From: a virus | DNA: 64,000 nt | Strand: one strand, 5' to 3' | IMG/VR virus record: IMGVR_UViG_3300032240_000412 | Location: 1 to 64,000 of that record | The notes under the pieces: model-generated | What the model was told of the DNA's origin: nothing | What the model saw: only the letters and a program-made list of their open reading frames with translations | The model's database searches: none | Position numbers and translations under genes: made by a program | Part shown: one piece after another, positions 1 to 9,705 of the stretch | Position numbering within the stretch: position 1 is the stretch's first letter | Layout of the letters: each line of letters starts with the position of its first letter

Positions 1-2374
1 CTGAAGCATACCACTCAAAGTAACCTGTGTCATTGGCTCGTCCAAAAAACGCAACCCTGTCGCCACCTTTGTAGTAGTGCAGTTTAATACCAATATCTTT
101 CCCATCGTCGGCAATCAGTGGTGATAAGTCCGACGGTGAATGCAAATTAATAATACTATCATTTACTGTTAGATCCACTGATCCAATGTTTGCACTAATA
201 CCTTGTACTGTCAAGTTTCCTTTGATTAATACGTCTTGATTGATTGTGGCTGAGTTGGCGGTTATGGCATTAGCAGATATATTTCCAGTTGAACCTGAAC
301 CTGTTACCGTCAAGCTGTTAACCGTTAAACTTGTTAGTGTACCTAGGCTGGTAATATTGGGTTGTGCCGCTGTGGTAATAGTACCTGACACTGTGGTTGC
401 AGACAAGTTGCCGGTTATGGTTGTTGCAGATACATTGGTAACACCGATGATATTACCGCCTGTGATATTTGCATTTGCACCCAGTCCTGTCAATGACAAT
501 GGCTGAGCAGTATCTATTAATAAAGCTCCGCCTTGGCTGTTGGCGATGCTAATGTTACTGCCAATTGTGGTAATTGTTGCTCCACCCAGCACGATAGAAC
601 TGCCACTTAGATACAAGTCTTTGAATCTATATGTGTTTGATCCTAGATTGTATGTGACATTGGCACTTGGAATAATATTTCCTGTTATGCCAATGTTGCC
701 AACTACTGTTAAGTTACCAGCTGTACTTAGTGTTGTAAATGCACCTGAGCTTGGAAAAGCGTTACCAACTGGAGTGCTGTTCAATGATGCAAAGGTAAAC
801 TGGTCAACAATTAACTGTCCGCCAACAAACAAGTTACCAGAGATGCCCATGCCACCAGCAACCTGAAAAGCACCAGTTGATGCGCTGGTGCTAGGCGAAG
901 TGTTGCTGACAATAACTCTATTTGAAATTGGAAACTGTTCGCCACCAAACCAGGTTGGTCCAATTGGCCCTGTTGCACCTTTGTTGTAATACCCAGTGAC
1001 CATGGTAGCACCAATGTTTTTTCTCAGATAACTTACTGTAACGTTGCTACTGTCGCCGGTGGCCCAGAGTTGTATGTTTCCAGAATTTATGTTTGAGGTA
1101 AATGTTGCTACATCATATCCTGTATTGGATTGAATACTGTTAAATTCAGTATAACTAGCAGAAGTTCCTGACGCCAAAATTGACAGTTCAGAATTTCTGT
1201 AGCGTGAATTGACGTTGTCAGTCAAAGTCAATGAATACGTGACTGAGGTGTTGCCACTCAACGGCAATTGATCTATCAGCTTGGGAGATGTACCTAAATA
1301 TGTGTACACTCCCTTGTACATTGTGTAATCTTGATTGGTATAAATTGTTCCGGCGCCAGCAGTCTGAGCAAAGTTTCGTATTTCTATAATATCTGTTGAC
1401 AGCGGAACTTCAGCAAATGTAATCACGTTCCCAGTTACTGTATAGGCAACATCTGGCTGTTGTAGTGTACCGTTGATACTTACAATTAATCCGATTGATG
1501 TGCCCGGAGCAGTCAATGTAAATTGATTGTCTATACTATTGGGAGTGATAACTTGACTGAAGATTTCGTTTTTGTATCCAACCCACTCTGTTCCGTCAAA
1601 GTATTCAAAAGAGTGCAGATCTCCGTTGTATCTTGCATATCCTTCTGCTGGTGTTGCCGGTCGTTGAGAAGAAGATCCGGCCGGTAGCTGTACTGCACCT
1701 GTGCTTGTTATGTTTAAAATTCCGTTGCCAGGTGCCAAGGTAATATTTGCATTGCCAAATTGTGTGCCAATGGTAGTATTGTTTAATGTTAAGTTGCCAA
1801 TGTTGGATACAACATAACCAATATCTCTAACACCTTTATACCCTGTATATCTTGCACCAGATACATAGACAACGTTGCCAGCCACACCAGATGGTAAATT
1901 ATTGCCAATGAAGTTCAATACCCCAGCTTGATAGTCAAAGAACCATTCGTCGTTGTTTCCAGATCCAGACGGATATAGCTGTGTTCCTTGCGTTAGTACA
2001 TCAGTTGCATTTGCCGGAGCAACATATAATTTTATTTGGTATGTCGATCCGTAACTTGGCGGAATCCAGTCAGCTTTTCTAACGCCACCTGCATTGGTTA
2101 ACCAAGTTCTATTTAAAGTTGAAGTTACGTCCGCTACACATTTAAACGTACTACTTAGTGCTGGAGTGTATAGGGTAACTTGTGCTGTGTTTGCTGTTGG
2201 TATAACATTGGGAATTAGATCGCTACGTAGCCAAATATCTTCTCCACCAATGATAGGAAAACTTGCATACGGTTCGTTGGTAGCATCTTTTAAATCAGGG
2301 GTATCGGTTTTGGCAACTTCGTAACCAACTTTTTTCCACAAGTAATCAATCTGTTGTGTTGAGCTAATTGCCAT
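1..2374 (-). CDS. Virion structural/tail-fibre-like protein, 3' end runs off the window
   Basis: Absent from the ORF track, presumably because it has no stop in the window. ATG at 2374 follows the previous stop directly (MAISSTQQIDYLWKKVGY...), and the same frame reads ...DRVAFFGRANDTGYFEWYAS at the window edge. G/N/T/S-rich. Confidence 0.8.
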   Translation of the reverse strand, partial: MAISSTQQIDYLWKKVGYEVAKTDTPDLKDATNEPYASFPIIGGEDIWLRSDLIPNVIPTANTAQVTLYTPALSSTFKCVADVTSTLNRTWLTNAGGVRKADWIPPSYGSTYQIKLYVAPANATDVLTQGTQLYPSGSGNNDEWFFDYQAGVLNFIGNNLPSGVAGNVVYVSGARYTGYKGVRDIGYVVSNIGNLTLNNTTIGTQFGNANITLAPGNGILNITSTGAVQLPAGSSSQRPATPAEGYARYNGDLHSFEYFDGTEWVGYKNEIFSQVITPNSIDNQFTLTAPGTSIGLIVSINGTLQQPDVAYTVTGNVITFAEVPLSTDIIEIRNFAQTAGAGTIYTNQDYTMYKGVYTYLGTSPKLIDQLPLSGNTSVTYSLTLTDNVNSRYRNSELSILASGTSASYTEFNSIQSNTGYDVATFTSNINSGNIQLWATGDSSNVTVSYLRKNIGATMVTGYYNKGATGPIGPTWFGGEQFPISNRVIVSNTSPSTSASTGAFQVAGGMGISGNLFVGGQLIVDQFTFASLNSTPVGNAFPSSGAFTTLSTAGNLTVVGNIGITGNIIPSANVTYNLGSNTYRFKDLYLSGSSIVLGGATITTIGSNISIANSQGGALLIDTAQPLSLTGLGANANITGGNIIGVTNVSATTITGNLSATTVSGTITTAAQPNITSLGTLTSLTVNSLTVTGSGSTGNISANAITANSATINQDVLIKGNLTVQGISANIGSVDLTVNDSIINLHSPSDLSPLIADDGKDIGIKLHYYKGGDRVAFFGRANDTGYFEWYAS

Positions 2375-2375
2375 C

Positions 2376-5300
2376 TTACGGTCCTATACTTAAACTTGTT
2401 AAAGAATCGCCTGCGGCCAATGCAATAGAAATAAACACCTGATTTCCTGTTGCATTACTAGCATTTTCTGATCCCAATGTCATTTGACATACTCTATTTG
2501 TAACTGTAGTTCCTGCAGGAATTACATCGCCTGATGTTTTTGCACAACCGTTTGATCCGTTGCCTCCTAATGCTGTATTTGCGCCTGGAATGCCAGATCC
2601 AAGATACGTACTAGATCCTGTTAGCCATCCATTGAGTGTACTAGTTGAGTCTATTGCAGACCCAGGACTAGCAATCCATAATCCACTTATTTTTCCGCTG
2701 TAGGTAATTTTAAAATTGGCCATTGTTTGTCTGCGGAATGCAATTCTCAGATACTGTGTGCCTGTTGTTCTTGCAATTGGTCCGGTAGGCAAATATTGAG
2801 ACCAATCTGTTGTGTCATTTTTTACTGTGCCCCAACGCACTGTTGCTTCATCTGTTCCACCTACTGCAACAGACTGCGTTCCTGTAAATGGTGTTCCTGT
2901 ATAATAATTTGTTGCTGGGTTATACGCTGGTGTTGCGCCCGATGCACCAGATATAAAAATTCGTTTAGCAGAGTCTGTGTATCCAGACCCTAGTAATGCG
3001 CTACAAGAAATATTGGTTTCATCAAATCCTGTTATTGCTGTTGAATACAAATTGATTTTTGTAGCTAGATATTCTGTTGCACTAGTACCGTTGACGTTAG
3101 TTAATGCGACTCCAATGTTGCCTACTACGGCATTTGTAGCATTGACATTTAAGAAAACGTTACCAAATACATATCTAGTTGCAGATGTTTTTCCTGTTGC
3201 GGCTTTAGGAATTCCTGCACTCAAGAATGTAGTTGGTCCGTCAATTTGGCTATACGACTTACTTTGAGCAGTTAGTAAAGATCCAGAAGTAGACTCAAAT
3301 GTTCCACCAGTGCTGAATGTAATAGGGCTTACTGTGTTGTTGTATGTCTGTCCTATCCAGTTGTAGGCTTCTAGACCATTTACATAAATTGCGGCCCCGG
3401 TATTAAAATAAGGAACACCCGAAATATATCGTAATGTGCCAACTGTTGATGTGCCCATTAGTGCGTTACCAGAATACAGTGTTGGAACAGATGTTAGATC
3501 ATCTTTGACAAATCCTGCACTGACATTACCTGTTGTACTGTGTTGCATTGTTAATGCATTATATCCCACCGGGATAGCAGAATTTTGTTTAGTATGGTAA
3601 CCAGACCAAACTTTGTAAAAATTGGTTGGGTATACTCCCGGAGTAACTGAATGAGCATCAACATCACTTGAGATAACCAAATTACCATATGTACCTGCTT
3701 CGCTTGCTGTGGTAAATGTTACGTTTCCGTCAATTGAGTTGTTGAAAAATGTTCTTAGGTAACCGTGGGCTGAATCGTAGACATTTGACAATATTGCAGT
3801 ATTGACCGTAGTAGCAGTTGTAATTCTATTAACACTTGTTCCAGCAGTTGGAATAGTTGGTGTTCCACCTGCACTATTGTTTGTGGCATTGGCCGCCAAT
3901 GTGGCATTGGTTCCTGTAGCGGCTGAGTTATAATTAAATGATCCTGAATACGAACTTAATCCTGCAGGAGCAGAAGGAGCATTGTATATTGTAATGTATC
4001 CTGTGCGAGTTAGTGTATCGTCTGCGGCAGATGTGCTGTTAGGTCCTACTGCATTTAAGTTTGCAGTAAAAGTTCCGGTTGATCCGTATGTGTGATAGAT
4101 GTATGTTCCAGGTGTACCAGCACCAGAGCCGATATTTGCGCTGGTAGTTGCATCTCCATACCCAAATACATAATTGGTACTATTAATACTACTGTTATAA
4201 AAACCAATATTTGCCCTGTTGGCGCCAGTAAGGTCAGTATACAAATATCCTATTAATTCTGTGTCTCCTGTTTTGTCGCTGTTTACTACAGTATTTGCAG
4301 TAAATTGTGCAGTTGGAGCTGGCTTCACTGTGATTACAGTATTTGTAGTACTAACCGGACTAGTGCTGTGTCCTGTAAATACTTGCAAACTTACGTTAAA
4401 TGTTTCTTGAACTATTGGATTACTTAATTTAAAATTGTGTACCAGTGGGGTTCCCGACGGGATCCCTGAATCGCCGGGTGCACCACTACCAATGCTGACA
4501 TTAGAGTATGTGCCATCTCCCCAATTCCATTTGTACATGTTGTTAGGAAATGTTGCAGTCGGTCCAGGTAGTGTTGATGTTGTATTTGTAAACTGTATTG
4601 GTGCACCACCAATGTTTGCTGATCCATTGGCATAAAACGTATGCTGATTATTGCCCACTGTTGAATTGTTTGTAAATGCAGGAGTTTGTGGTCTATAAAC
4701 ACTTACTATAGTTGGATTTGAGTTTGCCGATATTGGAGACGGTCCAGCAGTCACACTGGTTGCTTTAAGAACAACTGAATATTGAGCGTCTGTTAGATTA
4801 GCATAAAACGTATGGTCTAAGGTAGCACCTAGTGTACCACCTGGCAACGAGTTGTTATTGATTTTAAACTCTGGAGTATTGTCCCCCCAGAATACACTAT
4901 ACGTTTGTGCATACAAACTTGTATTAATCAAGCCAAGTAATTTTGGATGATCGCCTGCTGTTGCACTCAGAGTGAATTGAGGAACCGGTGCTGGTGTGTA
5001 TAAGGTAAAGTAGTCTGTGGCAACTGTTTGTGCGGCAGACCCTTGAGCATTTGCTTGCAGGTTGCCTTGGTGTGTTCCGTTTGTGTTGTAGGCTGTAACA
5101 GTAACAGTATAAATTCCGCCATTGATGTTACTATACGTGTGTGCAACCACATTACCAACATTACTTAATATTGTTCCATCGCCAAAATTCCAATCGTATG
5201 CATTTGCATTGCCAATTGGAGTAGCTGTAAATAATGCCGATGCCGGACTTGGGCCAGATGTAACGTTACTAGTTAATGTTACACTTTGTATAAATGTGCC

Positions 5301-5816
5301 TTTGTATACGTTAAACATAACTTGATTCAAGTTATCTATAGCATCAGTGACTGTTGTATCACCAGTCCAACGTGGGTATGCCGCGTAATCTGTTAGACTT
5401 CCGTCTTTGGGATTACCCAACGGAATAATATCTCCTGCCACACCACCAAACACAGTTGAGATATTAGCAAACCTTAGATTGCCATTACCATCTGTCTGTA
5501 TAACATAACTGTCTGCACCGCCAGCAATTTTAACTCGATCAATTGATGCCAGTTTAATGTTTCCAGATGTTACAAGCTGAATATCTTCGTAGCCGTTTCT
5601 GGCAGATATTGTACCAGCGTCGATGACAAGATTGGCAGTACCAAAATTACCGTTAACGGTTAGTATTTCTGTAGGGGTGCTGGTGTTAACGCCAATACGA
5701 AATTGACTGAAATTTTGATATAAGAGTATGTTACCATCGGTGCTAAATGAAAGATCTTGACCTTGTCGATCAAGATCGCTGAACAGCATTGCACCAGAAA
5801 TTCTACCAATTGCCAT
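2376..5816 (-). CDS. Virion structural protein with ~4 PKD/Ig-like repeats
   Basis: 1146 aa. Repeated WNFGDG/WGD/WNWGDG/YGD...HTY PKD signatures; T/S/G/N-rich; late promoter upstream. Confidence 0.75.
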   Translation of the reverse strand: MAIGRISGAMLFSDLDRQGQDLSFSTDGNILLYQNFSQFRIGVNTSTPTEILTVNGNFGTANLVIDAGTISARNGYEDIQLVTSGNIKLASIDRVKIAGGADSYVIQTDGNGNLRFANISTVFGGVAGDIIPLGNPKDGSLTDYAAYPRWTGDTTVTDAIDNLNQVMFNVYKGTFIQSVTLTSNVTSGPSPASALFTATPIGNANAYDWNFGDGTILSNVGNVVAHTYSNINGGIYTVTVTAYNTNGTHQGNLQANAQGSAAQTVATDYFTLYTPAPVPQFTLSATAGDHPKLLGLINTSLYAQTYSVFWGDNTPEFKINNNSLPGGTLGATLDHTFYANLTDAQYSVVLKATSVTAGPSPISANSNPTIVSVYRPQTPAFTNNSTVGNNQHTFYANGSANIGGAPIQFTNTTSTLPGPTATFPNNMYKWNWGDGTYSNVSIGSGAPGDSGIPSGTPLVHNFKLSNPIVQETFNVSLQVFTGHSTSPVSTTNTVITVKPAPTAQFTANTVVNSDKTGDTELIGYLYTDLTGANRANIGFYNSSINSTNYVFGYGDATTSANIGSGAGTPGTYIYHTYGSTGTFTANLNAVGPNSTSAADDTLTRTGYITIYNAPSAPAGLSSYSGSFNYNSAATGTNATLAANATNNSAGGTPTIPTAGTSVNRITTATTVNTAILSNVYDSAHGYLRTFFNNSIDGNVTFTTASEAGTYGNLVISSDVDAHSVTPGVYPTNFYKVWSGYHTKQNSAIPVGYNALTMQHSTTGNVSAGFVKDDLTSVPTLYSGNALMGTSTVGTLRYISGVPYFNTGAAIYVNGLEAYNWIGQTYNNTVSPITFSTGGTFESTSGSLLTAQSKSYSQIDGPTTFLSAGIPKAATGKTSATRYVFGNVFLNVNATNAVVGNIGVALTNVNGTSATEYLATKINLYSTAITGFDETNISCSALLGSGYTDSAKRIFISGASGATPAYNPATNYYTGTPFTGTQSVAVGGTDEATVRWGTVKNDTTDWSQYLPTGPIARTTGTQYLRIAFRRQTMANFKITYSGKISGLWIASPGSAIDSTSTLNGWLTGSSTYLGSGIPGANTALGGNGSNGCAKTSGDVIPAGTTVTNRVCQMTLGSENASNATGNQVFISIALAAGDSLTSLSIGP

Positions 5817-5833
5817 ATTGACTCCGAGTCAAG

Positions 5834-5841
5834 TATTTATT
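5834..5841 (-). promoter_or_regulatory. T4-type late promoter (AATAAATA)
   Basis: Near match to TATAAATA in a short intergenic gap, 17 nt before the ATG. Confidence 0.6.
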
Positions 5842-5857
5842 GTTTTGGCAAAGGTGC

Positions 5858-6568
5858 TTAGAAAGCTGATCTGGCCGCTCTAATCCATGTGTTGGTTGCG
5901 ACACATATATAGATATAGCTAACATCATATGCAATCGCACCTTTGCTTCCTGCAGAAGCATTTGTTGCAGGAACCGATGATGATATACTTGCTAAACTAC
6001 CTGTGCCAGTAATGGTACCTGTTACTGAAACATTTGAGTTGGCAGTGATATTTCCACTAACCGTTAAATTTCCTCCCATGTCAGCTTTGATTAAACTAGT
6101 CCATGTTCCTGGAATTGACGGGTTGGTATTTCCAAATTTACCAATATCGACCAGTGTACTCAGACCTGAGGTTGATGCATCTCCAACAATTCTAACACTG
6201 TTATTTGATACATCTCTGGCAAATCCCGCATTGTTTCCGTACCCCATCATAAACATAGGATTACCAGCAACAAAAGCATTTTTATCCATGTAGGTTTTGC
6301 CGCTCAATATAATGTTTGCACCAGTAACAGGAGTAAACTGTAAATTAGTTGTTGTAGTTTTCAGTTGTGTGATACCCGATGCTGTTGCAAAAGATGCATC
6401 ACCAAGTGTACTACCACCAGAAAACAATGTGACAGTATTGCCGTTTGGATCACCAATGTACAATGTTTTGTCTGTGGTGTTAACTGCCACTTCCCCGCTT
6501 AGTAATGTTCCATTTGCAGGAGCAACACCGGTGTTGGCGTTGTGTCGCAAAATTACGTTATAAGTCAT
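5858..6568 (-). CDS. Tail-fibre-associated protein (Mtd/hyaluronidase-like N-terminus)
   Basis: LLSGEVAVNTTDKTLYIGD N-terminal motif and GAIAYDVSYIYICVATNTW C-terminal motif, both typical of phage fibre proteins. Confidence 0.55.
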   Translation of the reverse strand: MTYNVILRHNANTGVAPANGTLLSGEVAVNTTDKTLYIGDPNGNTVTLFSGGSTLGDASFATASGITQLKTTTTNLQFTPVTGANIILSGKTYMDKNAFVAGNPMFMMGYGNNAGFARDVSNNSVRIVGDASTSGLSTLVDIGKFGNTNPSIPGTWTSLIKADMGGNLTVSGNITANSNVSVTGTITGTGSLASISSSVPATNASAGSKGAIAYDVSYIYICVATNTWIRAARSAF

Positions 6569-7065
6569 TAGTATGTTCCTCCATCAATTACACCGTTGAA
6601 TCCTGTTACAACAGGATTGGTTTGGTCTGCATCGTTACTTGGGAAACCGTGTAAGATCACTATCCTATTAGGATTTGATCCTGGTGCAGGTGGGGCACTG
6701 GTAAATGTTATAGTAGATGTACCATTACAGGTATAGTTAATGTATGGTTCTTGATATACTCCGCCAATAAAAACCATGATGCTGGTTGGATCGGTTACTG
6801 CGTAGCTCATTGACGAAAAAGCTGTTGTTGATCCATTTCCGATGAAATAATCTTTAACAATAGTAACTCTACCTGTGCGAGCCAAATTTTGATACGCAGT
6901 TGAATCGTAAAAAGTTACTTTGTTAGTAGAGGTATTAAAATATATGTCACCAGCCGCCGGAGTGCGAGGAAGTACCGATGACGTACCATTTGGTAATCGT
7001 ACTGTATATGCTGTAGACTTTACTGCACCGCGGTCTAATCTAGTATTTTTAGCAAAACGTCCCAT
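6568..7065 (-). CDS. Virion structural protein
   Basis: GDIYFNTSTNK motif and a GNGSTTAF...VFIGGVYQEP...ITFTSAP beta-sandwich repeat; tightly coupled operon. Confidence 0.6.
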   Translation of the reverse strand: MGRFAKNTRLDRGAVKSTAYTVRLPNGTSSVLPRTPAAGDIYFNTSTNKVTFYDSTAYQNLARTGRVTIVKDYFIGNGSTTAFSSMSYAVTDPTSIMVFIGGVYQEPYINYTCNGTSTITFTSAPPAPGSNPNRIVILHGFPSNDADQTNPVVTGFNGVIDGGTY

Positions 7066-7380
7066 TTAAATTCCTACATAACTAACTGTTACACTTACGT
7101 TAGCAGTTGAAGCAGATTTTAATGCTTGTATGGTGTCACCAGAAGATAAAATTAATTTTTCAGTGTCTATTACATAAGTGTCACCTGCAGTCAAACTAAT
7201 GGAGTTATAGATCATTGTGGTGTTACTTACTGTTCCTCCATACGGAACTGCATGAATAGTAATTTGAATAGTATTTGCAGAGTCTGTGTTGCAAAAATAT
7301 AACGCAGTTAATGCAGTACTACCAGAACTGGTATATACCGGTGCTACGTATGTGTTTAGAGTTGTGTTGGATATTGACAT
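7066..7380 (-). CDS. Small virion structural protein
   Basis: 104 aa, beta-rich, AAGGA RBS, in the structural operon. Confidence 0.6.
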   Translation of the reverse strand: MSISNTTLNTYVAPVYTSSGSTALTALYFCNTDSANTIQITIHAVPYGGTVSNTTMIYNSISLTAGDTYVIDTEKLILSSGDTIQALKSASTANVSVTVSYVGI

Positions 7381-7389
7381 TTATTTTCC

Positions 7390-8019
7390 TTAGAATATCA
7401 AAGCATATACAACTGCTTTGGTTTTCGTTATTAATTCTTGATTTGAAGCGTCGCTGTTTGTAACATACAGTCCACTTCCACCACCTGACGGTGTTTGTGC
7501 ATTGAATGCCACAGCATTGTTAATTGTAGGTGGTGCTACTGTTGTGTTTGTTACCACCACGTTTCCATTTTCAATTCGTAAAGGAGATCCTGTAGTACTT
7601 TTAATAGAGAATGTCTGTGTATCTAAATTGGCACCAAGTTGTGGAGTTAAATCTTCAACTATGTGCGTTATAAACGAAGCTGTACTGTTTGTAGCAATAA
7701 TATTCTGATATGAAACTCCATCGTTACTTAATTGCCAGCGACCATTGGCTTCGTGCCATCTAATAGCAACGTTAGCTGATGTACCCCTGTTAACCGCAAT
7801 ACCTGCATCAAATGTAGGTACTACGTTTTGTGGTAAACCTTCGTTTAAAATAATAAAGTTACTAGATACTGCCGCATCTTGAGTAGAAGTATAAGTTGCA
7901 TTACCCAATACTGCCAGATTACCGTAGATATAGAATGTGTCTGTTGTGTAGGTAACACTAGATCCAGGATTAATGGTTTGGACTTGGTAACTGCCCGACA
8001 ATCGTTTTACGGTAGACAT
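7390..8019 (-). CDS. Virion structural protein
   Basis: 209 aa; DAGIAVNRGTSANVAIRWHE and DLTPQLGANLD fibre-type motifs; late promoter upstream. Confidence 0.6.
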   Translation of the reverse strand: MSTVKRLSGSYQVQTINPGSSVTYTTDTFYIYGNLAVLGNATYTSTQDAAVSSNFIILNEGLPQNVVPTFDAGIAVNRGTSANVAIRWHEANGRWQLSNDGVSYQNIIATNSTASFITHIVEDLTPQLGANLDTQTFSIKSTTGSPLRIENGNVVVTNTTVAPPTINNAVAFNAQTPSGGGSGLYVTNSDASNQELITKTKAVVYALIF

Positions 8020-8041
8020 TCAGAAATTTCCTTATATCCAA

Positions 8042-8049
8042 TATTTATC
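8042..8049 (-). promoter_or_regulatory. Late promoter (GATAAATA)
   Basis: NNTAAATA motif upstream of the operon start, just after a terminator. Confidence 0.6.
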
Positions 8050-8072
8050 TAACACAAATCAATATCAAAATC

Positions 8073-8100
8073 AAAAAAAAAGCACCCCGGAGGGTGCTTT
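8073..8100 (-). terminator. Intrinsic terminator
   Basis: AAAGCACCC-TCCG-GGGTGCTTT hairpin followed by a long T tract on the minus strand. Confidence 0.9.
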
Positions 8101-8143
8101 CGAGTCGTAACATGCTATATCAGAAATAGCTTTTTGTTTTTAA

Positions 8144-8812
8144 TTACGCACTTGCTACTTGTACAAATGTGTCGTCTGGTGCGGCCAAACGATAACGATA
8201 TTTGTTACCAGCAAAATCGTACACAAACTTGTTGGTAATACGACTAGCATAACCACCAACTTGCATCGTGTAGTTACCACTTGGAGGATCTCCATCTTGT
8301 AGACTAAAGTTAACTGTGACGTTACCATAACCACCAACTGTGGCGTTGATAGCTGTGATAACTACATTACCGTTGATGCTTTGTCCAACGCTGTGTACTT
8401 GGGCGCCAACTTTGATGGCATCTGTACTGCCAACAATGCTGGAAATTTGATAACGCAGGTAGCTAGATGTTTGAGCACCGGCTGTGTCAGCAACGTTGCC
8501 ACTGATTGTGGTAGAGTAAAAAGGAATACTCATTTGACCTGGGCCACCGTCTGGAACACGACTTGGAACTAGTTTGCAAATCTTTCTAGTAGTACCGTCT
8601 GTGCATAGGAACTTGCGAGCACCTTTTTGTGTAATAATGCTACCAGCGGCAGGGCCATTGCCTGTGTCAACTTGTGGTAGAATTTGATAACCAGTTTGAC
8701 TAGTCAACCCGCCTGTGCCACCAAAGTGGTAACCGTTGACAATAGCTGGACTGACATAACGGTCGTGAATTTGACCGCTTGTATCTGTTTGTGTAATTTT
8801 TAATTTTGCCAT
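8144..8812 (-). CDS. Probable abundant virion protein (head decoration-like, unassigned)
   Basis: 222 aa with its own late promoter, strong AAGGAG RBS and own terminator; lies near the capsid gene. Confidence 0.55.
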   Translation of the reverse strand: MAKLKITQTDTSGQIHDRYVSPAIVNGYHFGGTGGLTSQTGYQILPQVDTGNGPAAGSIITQKGARKFLCTDGTTRKICKLVPSRVPDGGPGQMSIPFYSTTISGNVADTAGAQTSSYLRYQISSIVGSTDAIKVGAQVHSVGQSINGNVVITAINATVGGYGNVTVNFSLQDGDPPSGNYTMQVGGYASRITNKFVYDFAGNKYRYRLAAPDDTFVQVASA

Positions 8813-8901
8813 TTTATTTCTCCTTTGCCTCTTAGGGCGTTAGCGTTCTAAGCTACCCGGAGTGGTGCTCCGAGAGTTACTCATATTATGAGTGAACATA
8901 C
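8813..8901 (-). promoter_or_regulatory. Structured 5' leader (candidate cis-regulatory RNA)
   Basis: Four consecutive hairpins between the late promoter and the RBS. Confidence 0.45.
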
Positions 8902-8909
8902 TATTTACC
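8902..8909 (-). promoter_or_regulatory. Late promoter (GGTAAATA)
   Basis: NNTAAATA motif in intergenic DNA. Confidence 0.55.
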
Positions 8910-8916
8910 GTTTTGT

Positions 8917-8944
8917 TTGACTTTTATTGTTCTAGTGCTATAAT
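8917..8944 (+). promoter_or_regulatory. Sigma70-type promoter
   Basis: TTGACT-16 nt-TATAAT with extended -10 TGn, upstream of 8974. Confidence 0.65.
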
Positions 8945-8973
8945 TACAAATCAGTCACTTTAAAGGATTCAAT

Positions 8974-9216
8974 ATGGACATGGACCAATCGGCAGTATTT
9001 TTGGCCGGAAGCATTTTGACAGCTTTGGGATTTATTGTAGTAATTGCGGCAATAATTGTAGTAAACAACTTGTTAGCCAAATATTGGAAACCTGTACGTA
9101 TATTTACAGCAGACAGTTGGAACATTAATCCGCCTGCACGTTATGCCACACCAGAAGAATTGGAAAGAATTGCACCCACACTAAAAGAAGAAACAAAAAA
9201 TGAGAAGTCTAACTGA
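8974..9216 (+). CDS. Small single-pass membrane protein
   Basis: Hydrophobic stretch AVFLAGSILTALGFIVVIAAIIVV followed by basic residues; AAGGA RBS. Confidence 0.65.
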   Translation: MDMDQSAVFLAGSILTALGFIVVIAAIIVVNNLLAKYWKPVRIFTADSWNINPPARYATPEELERIAPTLKEETKNEKSN

Positions 9217-9445
9217 TTATTTTGAACAAAACGCTTATAAACCCAAGTATCACTTAGGAGATAGAGTGTTTGGAGTTTGGAATAAGATACCATTTATTGG
9301 TACCGTTGGCAATGATCGTGTAGTAAGTAATGCTGGACCAGAAGTTGTAGTACATTTGGACTTGCCTATCAAATACGAAGATACTATAAAGAACATCTTG
9401 ATTGTCAAACATAAAGATGTCAAGCAGAAACTAAAAGAATTTTAA
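9200..9445 (+). CDS. Hypothetical protein (possible SH3-like barrel)
   Basis: 81 aa; KYHLGDRV...GTV pattern; overlaps the upstream gene and ends at a terminator. Confidence 0.6.
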   Translation: MRSLTDYFEQNAYKPKYHLGDRVFGVWNKIPFIGTVGNDRVVSNAGPEVVVHLDLPIKYEDTIKNILIVKHKDVKQKLKEF

Positions 9446-9451
9446 CTCAAC

Positions 9452-9473
9452 AAAAAGCCCCTTGCGGGGCTTT
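9452..9473. terminator. Bidirectional intrinsic terminator
   Basis: AAAGCCCC-TTGC-GGGGCTTT between convergent genes. Confidence 0.85.
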
Positions 9474-9477
9474 AGTT

Positions 9478-9705
9478 TTACGCTTGGTCTACAAACTTTT
9501 TGAGTTCTTCGGCCTTGCTCACAATATCTGTACTAGACGGAAAATCTGGTAAAGTTGGAAAAGAAAGCGTTCCTCGGTTAGCGTCAGTTAACTTAGAGTG
9601 ATACTCATCAGTTAGTGCTTGACGTTTTTGGAAGACTGGCGTCACGAGAATTTCGTTAGCCATTTTGAGAAGTTCGAGACGGATCTCGTAAGGTGTTTTG
9701 CTCAT
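9478..9705 (-). CDS. Small phage protein, late-expressed
   Basis: MSKTPYEIRLELLKMA...; AAGGAG RBS; perfect TATAAATA upstream. Confidence 0.75.
   Translation of the reverse strand: MSKTPYEIRLELLKMANEILVTPVFQKRQALTDEYHSKLTDANRGTLSFPTLPDFPSSTDIVSKAEELKKFVDQA

Noticed and set aside
2376-5816. About 30 N-x-S/T sequons as direct evidence of N-glycosylation
   Set aside because: Largely expected from the very high N/S/T content; not supportable without statistics.
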